Source: a virus
DNA length: 64,000 bases
IMG/VR virus record: IMGVR_UViG_3300037258_001099
Location: 1-64,000 of that record
Direction: 5' to 3' (one strand)
Shown: positions 17,324 through 26,607 of the stretch, in pieces
Layout: every line of letters begins with the position of its first letter
How positions within the stretch are numbered: position 1 is the first letter of the stretch
The notes under the pieces: model-generated
Database searches by the model: none
Seen by the model: only the letters and a program-made list of their open reading frames with translations
What the model was told of the DNA's origin: nothing
Position numbers and translations under genes: made by a program

Positions 17324-18126
17324 AGGATTTCCTCCTCTAGAACTTCACCAGTGATGGTGTTGCCAGACCTAAGTCTGGGGTTTTGTGCTGCCTGCCTAAT
17401 GTTTCCCGCAGGTGCTGCTGCTGGCCTGATGTTTCCAGCAGGCATACTCGCACTCGGTAGATTATGGCGCTGCTTCACTTGATCAATACTAAGTATTTCA
17501 GGCTTCTCGATGTGGGCGCTCCACTCTCCTGCATGGGCTCTTATATGCTTGCCTGTGATTGTGAAGTTGATTGCCACATAGATGACCACACAAGCCAATA
17601 TGAGACAGATGGTAAATGATCCAGCAATCTTTGCTAGATCTGTCCACGGATTCATGGCTATCATGCCTCCACCAATGTTGGTGAAAAGCAGGATAACTAG
17701 GCAGGCTCTTGCAAAGAAGTTGTCTGTATTTACCCACCAGGAGAACATTGATCCTGCAAGATCAATCCAGGAGACGTTGCTATAGACGTACCCACGGAAG
17801 TGCTTCTCCTGCATCCTCATGTGGTAGCCTGATGTCTCTCTCCATATGGCAATGAAGCAGTTATTGAGGATGGCATAGGATATACCACCAAGCAGGATAA
17901 AGCTGATGATATAGAATGCCCAATTGCCCCAACCATTGCCCCATCCTCCTGAGAAGTACATGACTCCTCTCCAGAAACAAATGGTTGACCCAAGGACACT
18001 TACGCCCTTACCTCCCCAGGCTAGAATGTCAGTATGTTGTGCCAGCTCTTCTGCATGCTTGCTGGTAATGTGGTAGCGAGACACTGGCACTGGCACTCGC
18101 TCTACCGGAATCTGTTGGTCTGCCAT
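17320..18126 (-). CDS. multi-pass membrane protein
   Basis: about four hydrophobic segments; AGAAAGGAAAAC SD before ATG 18126. Confidence 0.75.
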   Translation of the reverse strand: MADQQIPVERVPVPVSRYHITSKHAEELAQHTDILAWGGKGVSVLGSTICFWRGVMYFSGGWGNGWGNWAFYIISFILLGGISYAILNNCFIAIWRETSGYHMRMQEKHFRGYVYSNVSWIDLAGSMFSWWVNTDNFFARACLVILLFTNIGGGMIAMNPWTDLAKIAGSFTICLILACVVIYVAINFTITGKHIRAHAGEWSAHIEKPEILSIDQVKQRHNLPSASMPAGNIRPAAAPAGNIRQAAQNPRLRSGNTITGEVLEEEIL

Positions 18127-18238
18127 AGTGTTTTCCTTTCTTTTGCGAGAGATTGACGAGAATATACAAATGTTGCTACAATGTGGTTGATGGAACAACA
18201 ATCTCTCTTCGTGTTATGGTTCCATCAGGAGGAAATAT

Positions 18239-18532
18239 ATGGATATTACCGATCTGATTAACAGTAGGGATAGGATACGCAGAGAGCTCAGTGACAAGAT
18301 CTGTGGCACATTTGCAGCTCTCCTTGGCATTGCCGTTCTGTTGGCAAGTATTGTCCTGCTTCCATGGGGCATGAATAATGTCCCTCCTGCTTTTGGCCTT
18401 GTTGCTGTTGTACTTGGCATTGTCTATTGGATTAGGCATCTGATAGGTCTCCACAATGACATCGCTAAAATTAATGATCAAGTGCGCTACTTCCACCAGG
18501 CAAGCCAGAGCGTAACGATCATGCCTCACTAA
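18239..18532 (+). CDS. two-TM small protein
   Basis: AGGAGG SD; two hydrophobic helices. Confidence 0.7.
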   Translation: MDITDLINSRDRIRRELSDKICGTFAALLGIAVLLASIVLLPWGMNNVPPAFGLVAVVLGIVYWIRHLIGLHNDIAKINDQVRYFHQASQSVTIMPH

Positions 18533-18603
18533 TTGTACGTTAGAATTACAGGAATGACAACCCGAAGATGGATTGTTATTCATCTAAAGAAAGGACGTGT
18601 TGT

Positions 18604-19128
18604 ATGCCGAAATCCATAGATAGAGAGCGACTGACCAGATTTGGTCTGCGCGTCTACGAAGAGATGGAGCGTAAGCACATTACGCTTGGAGCGATCACTT
18701 CAGAGCTTGGGATCTATCCAGACCATTGGAGAAGGATGATCTATCAGTCTAGCCCTTCCACCAGTATCTATGTTCCCATGATCTTTCGTTTAGCGCAGAT
18801 GCTTGATATCTCGGCGGTTGAGCTGCTTATCCTGGTCTATCAAGATCAGGTCATTGCCACCGATCTCACTGAGGCTGAAATGAAGCTTTACAGCCAGCTC
18901 CTCAAAGTCTTTGATTGCTTCTATCGACTCAAAGATGAGGATCAGGATCTAGCAGTCAGTCAGCTTGACAATCTCCTGCAATCCAGGGGCGGCAAGGATC
19001 TGGACTCAGGTCAAGAGAAGTTTCTTGATAAGCTACGCATCCATCCCATTCACGAAGCTGGCCGTGGTAAGCTTTTAGAAGAACGTATGAAAAAGGCATC
19101 TGCTGCCTCTACTGCTACAGATGCCTGA
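18604..19128 (+). CDS. Xre-like HTH regulator (repressor-like)
   Basis: FGLRVYEEMERKHITLGAITSELGI...IFRLAQMLDISAVELL. Confidence 0.6.
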   Translation: MPKSIDRERLTRFGLRVYEEMERKHITLGAITSELGIYPDHWRRMIYQSSPSTSIYVPMIFRLAQMLDISAVELLILVYQDQVIATDLTEAEMKLYSQLLKVFDCFYRLKDEDQDLAVSQLDNLLQSRGGKDLDSGQEKFLDKLRIHPIHEAGRGKLLEERMKKASAASTATDA

Positions 19129-19135
19129 TTGTCCT

Positions 19136-19486
19136 TTAGGAAAGAGCAACTAACTTCAGGGGAGAGACTGTTTCAAGGATTGTGGCGAAATCCTTGGCGG
19201 TAACCTCCCCTTCTTGCTGTGCGCTATCGCAATGAATAGCTCTTATCGCCTGCCGCATCCAGTAGGGTGGTCGGAAGGTGAGTGGATTATGGCTACATGC
19301 CCTTGGGCTCCATGCACCAACCCAAGATCTACGAACTTCAAATACGAGCCCACTCATCAGGGACTCAAAACAGGCGACAAATGGGGAATGGATCATTGTG
19401 GATCTGCATCCAATAATTTCTTCTGGGTCCTTTGATCTGGCCCATTCGTAAATGGTTTCCCAGTCTTTGAGATTGTCTTTGGTCAT
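19136..19486 (-). CDS. paralog family protein
   Basis: WARSKDPEEIIG...SPFVACF...PYWMRQAI; closest to 1593..1814. Confidence 0.7.
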   Translation of the reverse strand: MTKDNLKDWETIYEWARSKDPEEIIGCRSTMIHSPFVACFESLMSGLVFEVRRSWVGAWSPRACSHNPLTFRPPYWMRQAIRAIHCDSAQQEGEVTAKDFATILETVSPLKLVALS

Positions 19487-19648
19487 GAGGTATTTCTCCT
19501 GCTTGGTTCGCCAGGAGGGAGACAGTGGGGTACACTGTAGCTGCCTGGCAAAGGTCTGTCTTTGCTACAAGGTCCAGGGCAGAGAGATTAGGCCCTCTCT
19601 GCTCTCTTTCTTTTTGGTTTGTCGCATCATTGAGACTGTACAAGACTC

Positions 19649-19717
19649 AGTATAAACAAAAGTAGCAATCATTGTCAAGTCTTGTGACTAGCTATTTTCA
19701 CTCACTGATGCTATAAT
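19649..19717. promoter_or_regulatory. divergent promoters TTGACA-18-TATACT (-, 19678-19649) and TGcTATAAT (+, 19709-19717)
   Basis: direct reading. Confidence 0.6.
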
Positions 19718-19752
19718 TAGACTCAGATAGCACTCAAGCGAAGGAGTTTGAT

Positions 19753-20556
19753 ATGAGCATGAATCAAGAATTGATTACGGCAGGCCAAGCAGAAGAAATT
19801 TTTGTCAGGAATGGTCTTTCAAAAGCGACTTTTCGTCGGAGGGTAGATTCTGGCAAGATTGAGAAAATTGTAAGTGATGGAAAGACTCGTGGGGCGCTTT
19901 ACCCTAAGCAGCAGGTTCTTAACGTGGCGAGGGGAAAGAAGCTTCATTCCTTTGCGCCAGTTGTTTCACAGCAAGCAACGCCAGACAATATGTCCTCTAT
20001 TGCTCCAGTTATCGAGAAGCTTTTTGGGGTGTATCCTGATGTGGATCGCTGGAAGAGTTGGATGCAAGCAAATCCCGAGGCAGGATTTCTTATACAAACA
20101 GAAGAAGAAGTTGTAGGATGTGGTTTCCTTCTTCCTCTTGCAGAAGAGCAGATTCTTACTATCTTGGGACAAGAAGTAACTCCCCCAACAAAAGGGAGTG
20201 ATGTGCAATCCTATAGTGCAGGTCAGAGTTATTGCATCTATGCTCGTTCTATTGGCGTGCTTCAACCTAAAACTATGCCAAAGGAAGAGCGTAGGTATCG
20301 TGCAGGTGTCCTTCTTAAAAGGATTGTGTCTGCCGTCATTGATCTGGGAAACCAAGGCATTATTATCAAGAAGATCTATGCGAGAAGCGATACAGTGGAT
20401 GGTGAGCGTACCATGAAAGCGCTTGGAATGACGCAGATTCGCACGACAACGAGTCACCAGAATTTTGTTATTGATGTTGAGCAGAGTGGACTCCCCATGG
20501 TGGTAAAGTATCGTGAGAAACTGGCTCATTACTTACAGAAACACGCAGGGGAATAG
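19753..20556 (+). CDS. N-terminal HTH (excisionase/MerR-like) fused to a GNAT-like domain
   Basis: ITAGQA...LSKATFRRRVDSGKI; VVGCGFLLPL, IYARSIGV, IYARSDTVDGERTMKALGM. Confidence 0.65.
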   Translation: MSMNQELITAGQAEEIFVRNGLSKATFRRRVDSGKIEKIVSDGKTRGALYPKQQVLNVARGKKLHSFAPVVSQQATPDNMSSIAPVIEKLFGVYPDVDRWKSWMQANPEAGFLIQTEEEVVGCGFLLPLAEEQILTILGQEVTPPTKGSDVQSYSAGQSYCIYARSIGVLQPKTMPKEERRYRAGVLLKRIVSAVIDLGNQGIIIKKIYARSDTVDGERTMKALGMTQIRTTTSHQNFVIDVEQSGLPMVVKYREKLAHYLQKHAGE

Positions 20557-20572
20557 AGCACAGAAAGCAAAT

Positions 20573-20628
20573 AGAAGCCGCTATACTGTCTCACAAAGGG
20601 CGATGGAGACAAGGTATAGCGGCTTCTT
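20573..20628. terminator. bidirectional terminator
   Basis: AGAAGCCGCTATAC...GTATAGCGGCTTCT. Confidence 0.75.
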
Positions 20629-20635
20629 CTGCTAG

Positions 20636-20863
20636 TTAGAGGATACCGAGAATACTATTTTCGGACTGATCAAAGACACTGCTTAAATTTAAATTAAAAG
20701 CACTGTGCTGCTGCTCTGACTGACCATAGAACACAGGACCCCTGCGCCCGCGACGTCTGTCATCATCATCGTCACATCGGTCCCTGTCTCTGTCGCATTC
20801 GCCACCCCAGGCACCATTCACTACCACCAACTCTGCATCTGAGAGTTCAATTTCATTAAACAT
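20636..20863 (-). CDS. second double-glycine-type leader peptide precursor
   Basis: ELSDAELVVVNGA leader; charged Cys/Asp/Arg core; AGAAAGG SD. Confidence 0.7.
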   Translation of the reverse strand: MFNEIELSDAELVVVNGAWGGECDRDRDRCDDDDDRRRGRRGPVFYGQSEQQHSAFNLNLSSVFDQSENSILGIL

Positions 20864-21123
20864 TTTTTAAGTTGCCTTTCTATTGCAATGGAATAGGAGT
20901 GCTGCTCGCCTGAACAAGATGGTGAGCAGCAGGTTTTGTGAGTATCCTGAGAAAGGAAATTCACTTGAGATAATTGCACGTGCTTGGAAACACGTTACAT
21001 TACTATTGTACATACTAGTACAAACGACATGCCTCTATGAATAATAACTGCACTAGATATTATCCCATCGTAGTATATCCTAGCAGTCAAAAAAAAGTGG
21101 CCGTAAATCCGACCACCTTCTTG

Positions 21124-21342
21124 TTATTTATTTTCTAGCCGATCGATCTCCAGATAAAGCAAGATCAGAGTATAGAATACACCTTCTCGCTTTTTCAGCT
21201 CAGCAATTGCCTTCTGCTGTTCTTCCTCTGGGAAAGATCGGATTTTTCTGACTGAGCGTGCTATGAGATCTTCAACGTCTTCTCTCGAAGCTTCCACTCC
21301 TGCTCTCCTTCTATCGCATACTCTGTTGGATAGTTGAGCCAT
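21124..21342 (-). CDS. hypothetical protein
   Basis: ORF only; start uncertain. Confidence 0.4.
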   Translation of the reverse strand: MAQLSNRVCDRRRAGVEASREDVEDLIARSVRKIRSFPEEEQQKAIAELKKREGVFYTLILLYLEIDRLENK

Positions 21343-21767
21343 TCGATGGGCTTGCCAAGAGACCTAGCATGCTCTAGCTCAAGAATTGATGAGATCCCCA
21401 GGTAGGGCACACCACCGATAGGTCCGTTGATCATGACAATTCTGTCTGCCATCTCTACTTTGCGCAGGTGGAGCTGGTCAAGCTTGTCTTTATCTGCTGC
21501 TGTGAGCTCACCTGCGAGCATGAGATCAAGATCAGACTTTGTGTCTATGCCAATCGAAAGCACGATATTTCCGGCTATTGTCTCCTTGAGATTGGCAGCA
21601 TGGAATATAGGGCCAAAGCGTGATGAGCCACAAAGCGTGACAATCTCTGGGCGGCTTGCCATCTCTTCTAAAAGCCGGACAAGGAAGGATTTGTCGGTGA
21701 CGGTGAAGCTGAAGTTCTTTGCATAGAGCTTCTCAATTAAGAATTGGATATTTTCTCTTCTACTCAT
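21261..21767 (-). CDS. nucleoside 2-deoxyribosyltransferase-like (DUF4406-like Rossmannoid) protein
   Basis: IVTLCGSSRF...LHLRKVEMADRIVMIN...YLGISSILELEHARSLGKPI. Confidence 0.7.
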   Translation of the reverse strand: MSRRENIQFLIEKLYAKNFSFTVTDKSFLVRLLEEMASRPEIVTLCGSSRFGPIFHAANLKETIAGNIVLSIGIDTKSDLDLMLAGELTAADKDKLDQLHLRKVEMADRIVMINGPIGGVPYLGISSILELEHARSLGKPIEWLNYPTEYAIEGEQEWKLREKTLKIS

Positions 21768-22021
21768 GATTTTCCTTTCTCATTTTCCGGTAATGATTCT
21801 TCGTTACCGGAAAATTGTTCGGGCTCAGGTTCGCACTCAGTAAGTGTATGTTCTCCGTCGAGTCCTCTACCTTCTAGATCAAAGCTACCTTTGTTGGTAT
21901 AAATGCGGAAAGTTGTGACAGTGAGGACGACTACTCTATCTGCCGTCTTCCCGTCTTTGTCACAGCGGATGAGTGTTTCGCCTTTGTGTACTTCTCTCTC
22001 AATCATGATGCCTCCGTCCAT
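21764..22021 (-). CDS. hypothetical protein
   Basis: coupled ORF; contains the palindrome at 21785. Confidence 0.55.
   Translation of the reverse strand: MDGGIMIEREVHKGETLIRCDKDGKTADRVVVLTVTTFRIYTNKGSFDLEGRGLDGEHTLTECEPEPEQFSGNEESLPENEKGKS
21785..21812. repeat. 10-8-10 palindrome TTCCGGTAAT-GATTCTTC-GTTACCGGAA
   Basis: same site at 12766 and 52802. Confidence 0.75.
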
Positions 22022-22194
22022 GTATCTGTTGCTTCATCGTAGTATTCACCGAGAGCCGGAACCTGATCTGCCTCTTGCTCCGGCTCTCGGGTAAGCTCTG
22101 GCTTTGTTGTCGTGGGTAGGACGCTTAGGAGCATTCCTACCACGAGTACAAGAATAGCGCTATAGAGCAAGAGCATTTCGATCATGGACATCAC
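22003..22194 (-). CDS. small TM protein
   Basis: N-terminal hydrophobic helix. Confidence 0.55.
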   Translation of the reverse strand: MMSMIEMLLLYSAILVLVVGMLLSVLPTTTKPELTREPEQEADQVPALGEYYDEATDTWTEAS

Positions 22195-22757
22195 ATCCCC
22201 TTCAGTCTCTCGATGAATACTGCTGCTGGAATATCCTTATCCAGAGTGTTGTATCTCCACCACGCTAAGTGTGTGGCAGGATGTTCAATCCTTTCTCGCG
22301 CATAGTCTGAGGTGGGTTTTGGTAACTCTGGACCTGTGTAGAAGACATGCTTTGATCCATATGCCACGATCCCGAATTGGAGAGCGTGTCCCATCTCTAT
22401 GCAGGTGAGTGCTGCACTGATGGTCCCACACATCTGCATGTCACACTCTTTGATCAGATACTCCCCTACTTGCTTTACTGGCGGCTCTACGTCCCAGCAC
22501 ATGGCTTTGTCAATGTAGAACTGGTGCATGGTAGGAGCATCATAGTATGGTCGGTCTAAACACCCAGAGAATATCTCTGGGTCATGCTCTCGTGCTTTCT
22601 CTTCAGTGAGCTCTTCTAATTCATGCATGCGCTCTGGCTTTACGTCAAGACGCTCAATAGCTCCAGTGCTAAAGTGGACCCATGCCATGGTCGCAAACCC
22701 TGTAGGTATGGCTGCTATCTTAATGTTGCTGTAATTTGGGTCAATATAGTATCTCAC
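22191..22757 (-). CDS. hypothetical protein
   Basis: GGAAGGAG SD; overlapping start and stop. Confidence 0.7.
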   Translation of the reverse strand: MRYYIDPNYSNIKIAAIPTGFATMAWVHFSTGAIERLDVKPERMHELEELTEEKAREHDPEIFSGCLDRPYYDAPTMHQFYIDKAMCWDVEPPVKQVGEYLIKECDMQMCGTISAALTCIEMGHALQFGIVAYGSKHVFYTGPELPKPTSDYARERIEHPATHLAWWRYNTLDKDIPAAVFIERLKGM

Positions 22758-23107
22758 TGTGTCTCCTTCCTTGGTATATAGGTATAGTATTTTTCGTGCT
22801 CGCCTTTATTTTGGACGAAGATGGCATCTTCTGTAAACCGGAGGTAGGTGACATCTGTTTCCATGGCGAAGTTCCCGTGGCCGTAGTCTTCGCCATAATC
22901 ATGAGCAATAATAATGCCTCCGTTCTCATCTATCTCATGCTTCCAAGCCCTGATAGCATCTGGTCTTTGGACTAGACACACATCTTTGGTAAAAGAGAAC
23001 CACTGGACAATATCAAAGCGGGAAGCAAGTCTGGTTCGCAGTGCCTCTGCCACTTCTTCCATGTTCTTCAGGGTGATAAAGCCCTGCCAGTTGTGTGGGT
23101 CGATCAT
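22754..23107 (-). CDS. hypothetical protein
   Basis: coupled ORF. Confidence 0.7.
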   Translation of the reverse strand: MIDPHNWQGFITLKNMEEVAEALRTRLASRFDIVQWFSFTKDVCLVQRPDAIRAWKHEIDENGGIIIAHDYGEDYGHGNFAMETDVTYLRFTEDAIFVQNKGEHEKYYTYIPRKETQ

Positions 23108-23508
23108 TCATATGCCTCCCTTATGCGATCAGCAAGCGGTTCTCGCATAGCTTCAATAGCCACTCTGGCTGCTTTGTAGTGATCCTTTTGCGTATTACCT
23201 AGACGACCTAGTGTGAAGTTTGCAGATCGTAGGTATATGAGTGCATAGTCTATTTCTTGATCAAACTCCTGAAGGAGATCTCGCTCTTCAAGAGGACTAA
23301 TCGGATTATTGTAGCCAATAATCTGCCAGTGCATAATGTCCTCACGATCGAGGAATTTCTCTTGTTTGTTGCTCACCTGCTTTACTTCTATGGTGAGCTT
23401 CTTGCGTTTTGTGTTGGTCTGGATAAACCTATCTCCTTCCTCTAGCGGAAAGGCTTTCTTGATAGTTTCCATATTGGATCTCTTCCATCCAATAATCTCT
23501 ATGATCAT
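23104..23508 (-). CDS. hypothetical protein
   Basis: AGAAAGGAAACAC SD. Confidence 0.7.
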   Translation of the reverse strand: MIIEIIGWKRSNMETIKKAFPLEEGDRFIQTNTKRKKLTIEVKQVSNKQEKFLDREDIMHWQIIGYNNPISPLEERDLLQEFDQEIDYALIYLRSANFTLGRLGNTQKDHYKAARVAIEAMREPLADRIREAYE

Positions 23509-23545
23509 ACGTGTGTTTCCTTTCTGTAAACAACTGTTCTCGGAA

Positions 23546-23827
23546 TTACCAGCAGTCGATGAGATAGGTTCCCTCTGGGATCTCTTCTCGTGCTACCAGC
23601 TCCAGCATAAGCTGTACTGGGCTACAATAGCTGCCTTTCTGAAGGAATGCTGTGACTTGCTGTATCTCCCACTCACCATAGTCTTTTGATTCGATAAAGA
23701 GCATCTGGTGGCTATTTCTCGGCCAGCCTTCCCCAATTTGATAGTCCTTATGAAAGACCTTGCTGATGATATTTTCGAGCTCTGTTACGCCCAAGATGTA
23801 GTAGGTTTTTTTCCGAATATCTCTCAT
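23546..23827 (-). CDS. hypothetical protein
   Basis: AGAAAGGAAAAC SD. Confidence 0.7.
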   Translation of the reverse strand: MRDIRKKTYYILGVTELENIISKVFHKDYQIGEGWPRNSHQMLFIESKDYGEWEIQQVTAFLQKGSYCSPVQLMLELVAREEIPEGTYLIDCW

Positions 23828-24045
23828 GCTGTTTTCCTTTCTTCTGCATCCATATCATCTAAAACAACGTCAATAGTGGGGCATTTCAGCTCCTCGTCTT
23901 CCTGCTCTTCCTCAAGGAGTGCATAAATTGCGCTTACACTAAAGCCTTCGTTTAGTAGGGCCAGGATATATCTTCCCACAATCTCCTCATCCTCTGTTTG
24001 TGTGAGCATGCGATTTGCATAGGCTCTAAGCTCGTCTTCTGTCAT
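23824..24045 (-). CDS. small acidic protein
   Basis: AGAAAGGGAAAC SD; downstream of the motif at 24083. Confidence 0.7.
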   Translation of the reverse strand: MTEDELRAYANRMLTQTEDEEIVGRYILALLNEGFSVSAIYALLEEEQEDEELKCPTIDVVLDDMDAEERKTA

Positions 24046-24080
24046 AGTGTGTTTCCCTTTCTATTACAAATCCTGCCATG

Positions 24081-24096
24081 ATCGACTTTTCCTTAA
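24081..24096 (-). promoter_or_regulatory. class II conserved motif (ATCGACTTTTCCTTAA on +)
   Basis: exact core match. Confidence 0.65.
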
Positions 24097-24271
24097 TCCG
24101 TCTGTGATGAGAATCGGTTCTGGCTCTGGATATTGTATCTTTGGCTGTGTGGCTCTTCCTCTGGAAGATGTGCCCTTATTGGTTTTTTTTAGCATGCGTA
24201 GTGCCGTTCTGTGGATATCTATGCCTGCCCACACTCCTACGAAAAGCAGCCTATTGCAACGCCAATAAGTG

Positions 24272-24718
24272 TTAGCATGATTGTTTTCGCCTTTCTGCTT
24301 CAATATCAGCATAACCGCTTGATTCCTTCCAGAACTTTTCTTTGTGATTCCATTGAAATTCTAATTGCAGATTTGCCCAATCCTCGGGATACTGCTTGTT
24401 TATGCGGTCAAACTCTACAGTGAACTCTTCATGGGAGATTTCTGCTGCATGGTACCTAGCCGCAAGCTCGATCTTTGCTTGCGCGAACTCCGCTGACACA
24501 TTATGCATATCGTAGCTATGAGCTTCTTGCTCTCGTATCCTTGCTTTTACTTGTTCTAGATCAGTAAGGAACTTTCCGTTGAGCTCTTTCATCTGTTGGT
24601 AGTACTCCTCTGAGAAGGGCGCTACCCTTGTGACGATACTTGCTCTTTCTTTGGCATACGTCTTTGAGACGCCATACTCTTCTATGTAGTCTTTTGCTAT
24701 TCTCCATCTTCTAAGCAT
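24272..24718 (-). CDS. hypothetical coiled-coil protein
   Basis: AGGAGG SD. Confidence 0.7.
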   Translation of the reverse strand: MLRRWRIAKDYIEEYGVSKTYAKERASIVTRVAPFSEEYYQQMKELNGKFLTDLEQVKARIREQEAHSYDMHNVSAEFAQAKIELAARYHAAEISHEEFTVEFDRINKQYPEDWANLQLEFQWNHKEKFWKESSGYADIEAERRKQSC

Positions 24719-24720
24719 GG

Positions 24721-24906
24721 TTATTTTCCTCCTTTTACAAGTGCTGCTATCAGCACAGCTTCTGCAAGTAGTGTGAGCCCAAGTGCCGCTGTACTCTCAG
24801 CGCTAGAGTAAGGACTGGTTACCACAACAATAAAGCACAGAACTGCAATGAGCAGCCCTGTGCCGAGAATCTTTACTCTACGCATCAACTTTGTCCTCCA
24901 GCCCAA
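24721..24906 (-). CDS. small two-TM protein
   Basis: hydrophobic ORF in the operon. Confidence 0.55.
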   Translation of the reverse strand: MGWRTKLMRRVKILGTGLLIAVLCFIVVVTSPYSSAESTAALGLTLLAEAVLIAALVKGGK

Positions 24907-25318
24907 GGATCTTGGTGATGGGCTCTATTGCCCACTCTGGAATATTTTTCCAGTCCTTGATGTCTTGTGCTTTCGTTCTTGATGAGTGAGGCCACATGAC
25001 GAGCTTGTCTGCTATTCTTGTTCTTTTGCACGAAGGCTTATCGGTATCGTGAACAGCAAACACTTTCTCCCATACTGACTCTATTGTGTCTTCCCTGTTT
25101 ATCCCAACTGACCCGACAGTGTGGCAGTTTTTGCAGATAAAGACTTGCTTTGGATAGAAGGGGTCGTGCTTTTCGCAGTACTGCCTTCCCTCTTCTGTTT
25201 TTGCAAGCTCTGCCAGCCTTTGTGCGTTAAGGACAATCTCACTCTTTCTTACGCAACCACAGTCCAGAGTATAGAGAACTCTGTCTATGACTACTTCAAC
25301 ATGTTCTACTTTTCTCAT
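24878..25318 (-). CDS. Cys-containing hypothetical protein
   Basis: CGC and CKNC motifs. Confidence 0.65.
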   Translation of the reverse strand: MRKVEHVEVVIDRVLYTLDCGCVRKSEIVLNAQRLAELAKTEEGRQYCEKHDPFYPKQVFICKNCHTVGSVGINREDTIESVWEKVFAVHDTDKPSCKRTRIADKLVMWPHSSRTKAQDIKDWKNIPEWAIEPITKILGLEDKVDA

Positions 25319-25569
25319 AGTCTCTCGGCTCCTTCTTGCTCCCAGGGGTACTTATTGTAGTAAGCCTGCACTCTGGTAGCCTGTATAGCTTTGGCTGCCA
25401 GAGTGAGACTAATTATCCCCATAATAATCCAGCCGTAGATGCTATTTCCCAGATCCCAGATCCAGTGGTATCTTGTGCTCAGGAGCAGCAGCAGGAACAC
25501 TCCTATTGCAATAGCTAGGCAATTCCGTTTGACACGCTTGATCTCTTTGCGCTCCACAGCTCTGTACAT
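25315..25569 (-). CDS. small two-TM protein
   Basis: hydrophobic segments; SD. Confidence 0.65.
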   Translation of the reverse strand: MYRAVERKEIKRVKRNCLAIAIGVFLLLLLSTRYHWIWDLGNSIYGWIIMGIISLTLAAKAIQATRVQAYYNKYPWEQEGAERL

Positions 25570-25800
25570 TTAGTGTTCCCTTTCTTTTATTTGCTCGATA
25601 ACTGCTTTTATCATTTCCCTTTTTTGTTCTTCGCTTGCTAGAATCTTGTGTTTGCGGAGATACTCTTCCACTTTTGACTCTGCCCACTTAGCTTGGTTGG
25701 CAAGATACCTTGCCTCATTCTCCTTGATGGATTGGTTCATCCGTTCTTTACTGGCCTTGTCCTTGTCAATACTTTGTTTGATCTCTTCGTTGGTGTACAT
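25570..25800 (-). CDS. hypothetical protein
   Basis: AGAAAGGA SD. Confidence 0.65.
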   Translation of the reverse strand: MYTNEEIKQSIDKDKASKERMNQSIKENEARYLANQAKWAESKVEEYLRKHKILASEEQKREMIKAVIEQIKEREH

Positions 25801-26307
25801 TTACTTTCCTTTCTAGTGACTGTGCATGTCGATATAACATGCAATAGCAATGCCTGCAAACAGAATAACTGCTAAAATGATGACCCATATGCTATCAGCA
25901 CAGAGAATGTGATACGGTGTGCATATCTCACTTGACATGACTTCTCCTTTCTAGTTAGGCATATTGTCTAGTATGCTTTCAATGGTCGTTTGTATCTCTT
26001 TTGCCTTGTTTAGCATTGTCTTGAAGTTTGTGGTTAATATCTCTGATATAGCGTGCTTACGCTTCGTTCATTGGTCTCACCTCCTTTCATCCTCTCATTA
26101 TAGCACTGACAGGCTATCTTTGCACTATCATTCCACTATCAGTAGTGTGCACACTTTTCTTGTCAGTGCTGCTATGATGGCTCTCGTGATGTGTTACTTG
26201 TCTTCTGTTGGGGATAGGCGCTCTCTTGGAGTAAGAGGGGAAGCGTCTATTTTGAAACAAAAATAGCCGTCAGTATCTCTTTTTGGGAGATACTAGCGGC
26301 TATGCTG

Positions 26308-26607
26308 TTATTCGTATACCTTATTAAGAATGACGAAGAGATCGTCTGTTTGTTTCATTCGAGTCAGCACCCCTTCTATCTTTTCTCGGCAGATAATACG
26401 TTTACCATCTGGGAGTGCATACACTGAGATGTAGATATAGATCATTTCCTGTGTATTCTTCTGGCACTCCCATGTCTGGTGGTAGACCAGATCTCCTGGT
26501 ATCTCTACCGTTGCCATTATTTTATGTATCTCTACCTTGCACCCTGCGTTCTGCAAAAGTGCAAGCTTGCCTTCGTCAACTGCCATTTTAAGCTTGAGTT
26601 TGATCAT
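26308..26607 (-). CDS. hypothetical protein
   Basis: coupled ORF followed by a terminator near 26263-26302. Confidence 0.65.
   Translation of the reverse strand: MIKLKLKMAVDEGKLALLQNAGCKVEIHKIMATVEIPGDLVYHQTWECQKNTQEMIYIYISVYALPDGKRIICREKIEGVLTRMKQTDDLFVILNKVYE

Noticed and set aside
17385-17445. PAGNIR duplicated peptide in the membrane protein
   Set aside because: Short two-copy duplication in a low-complexity tail, with no sign of wider significance.
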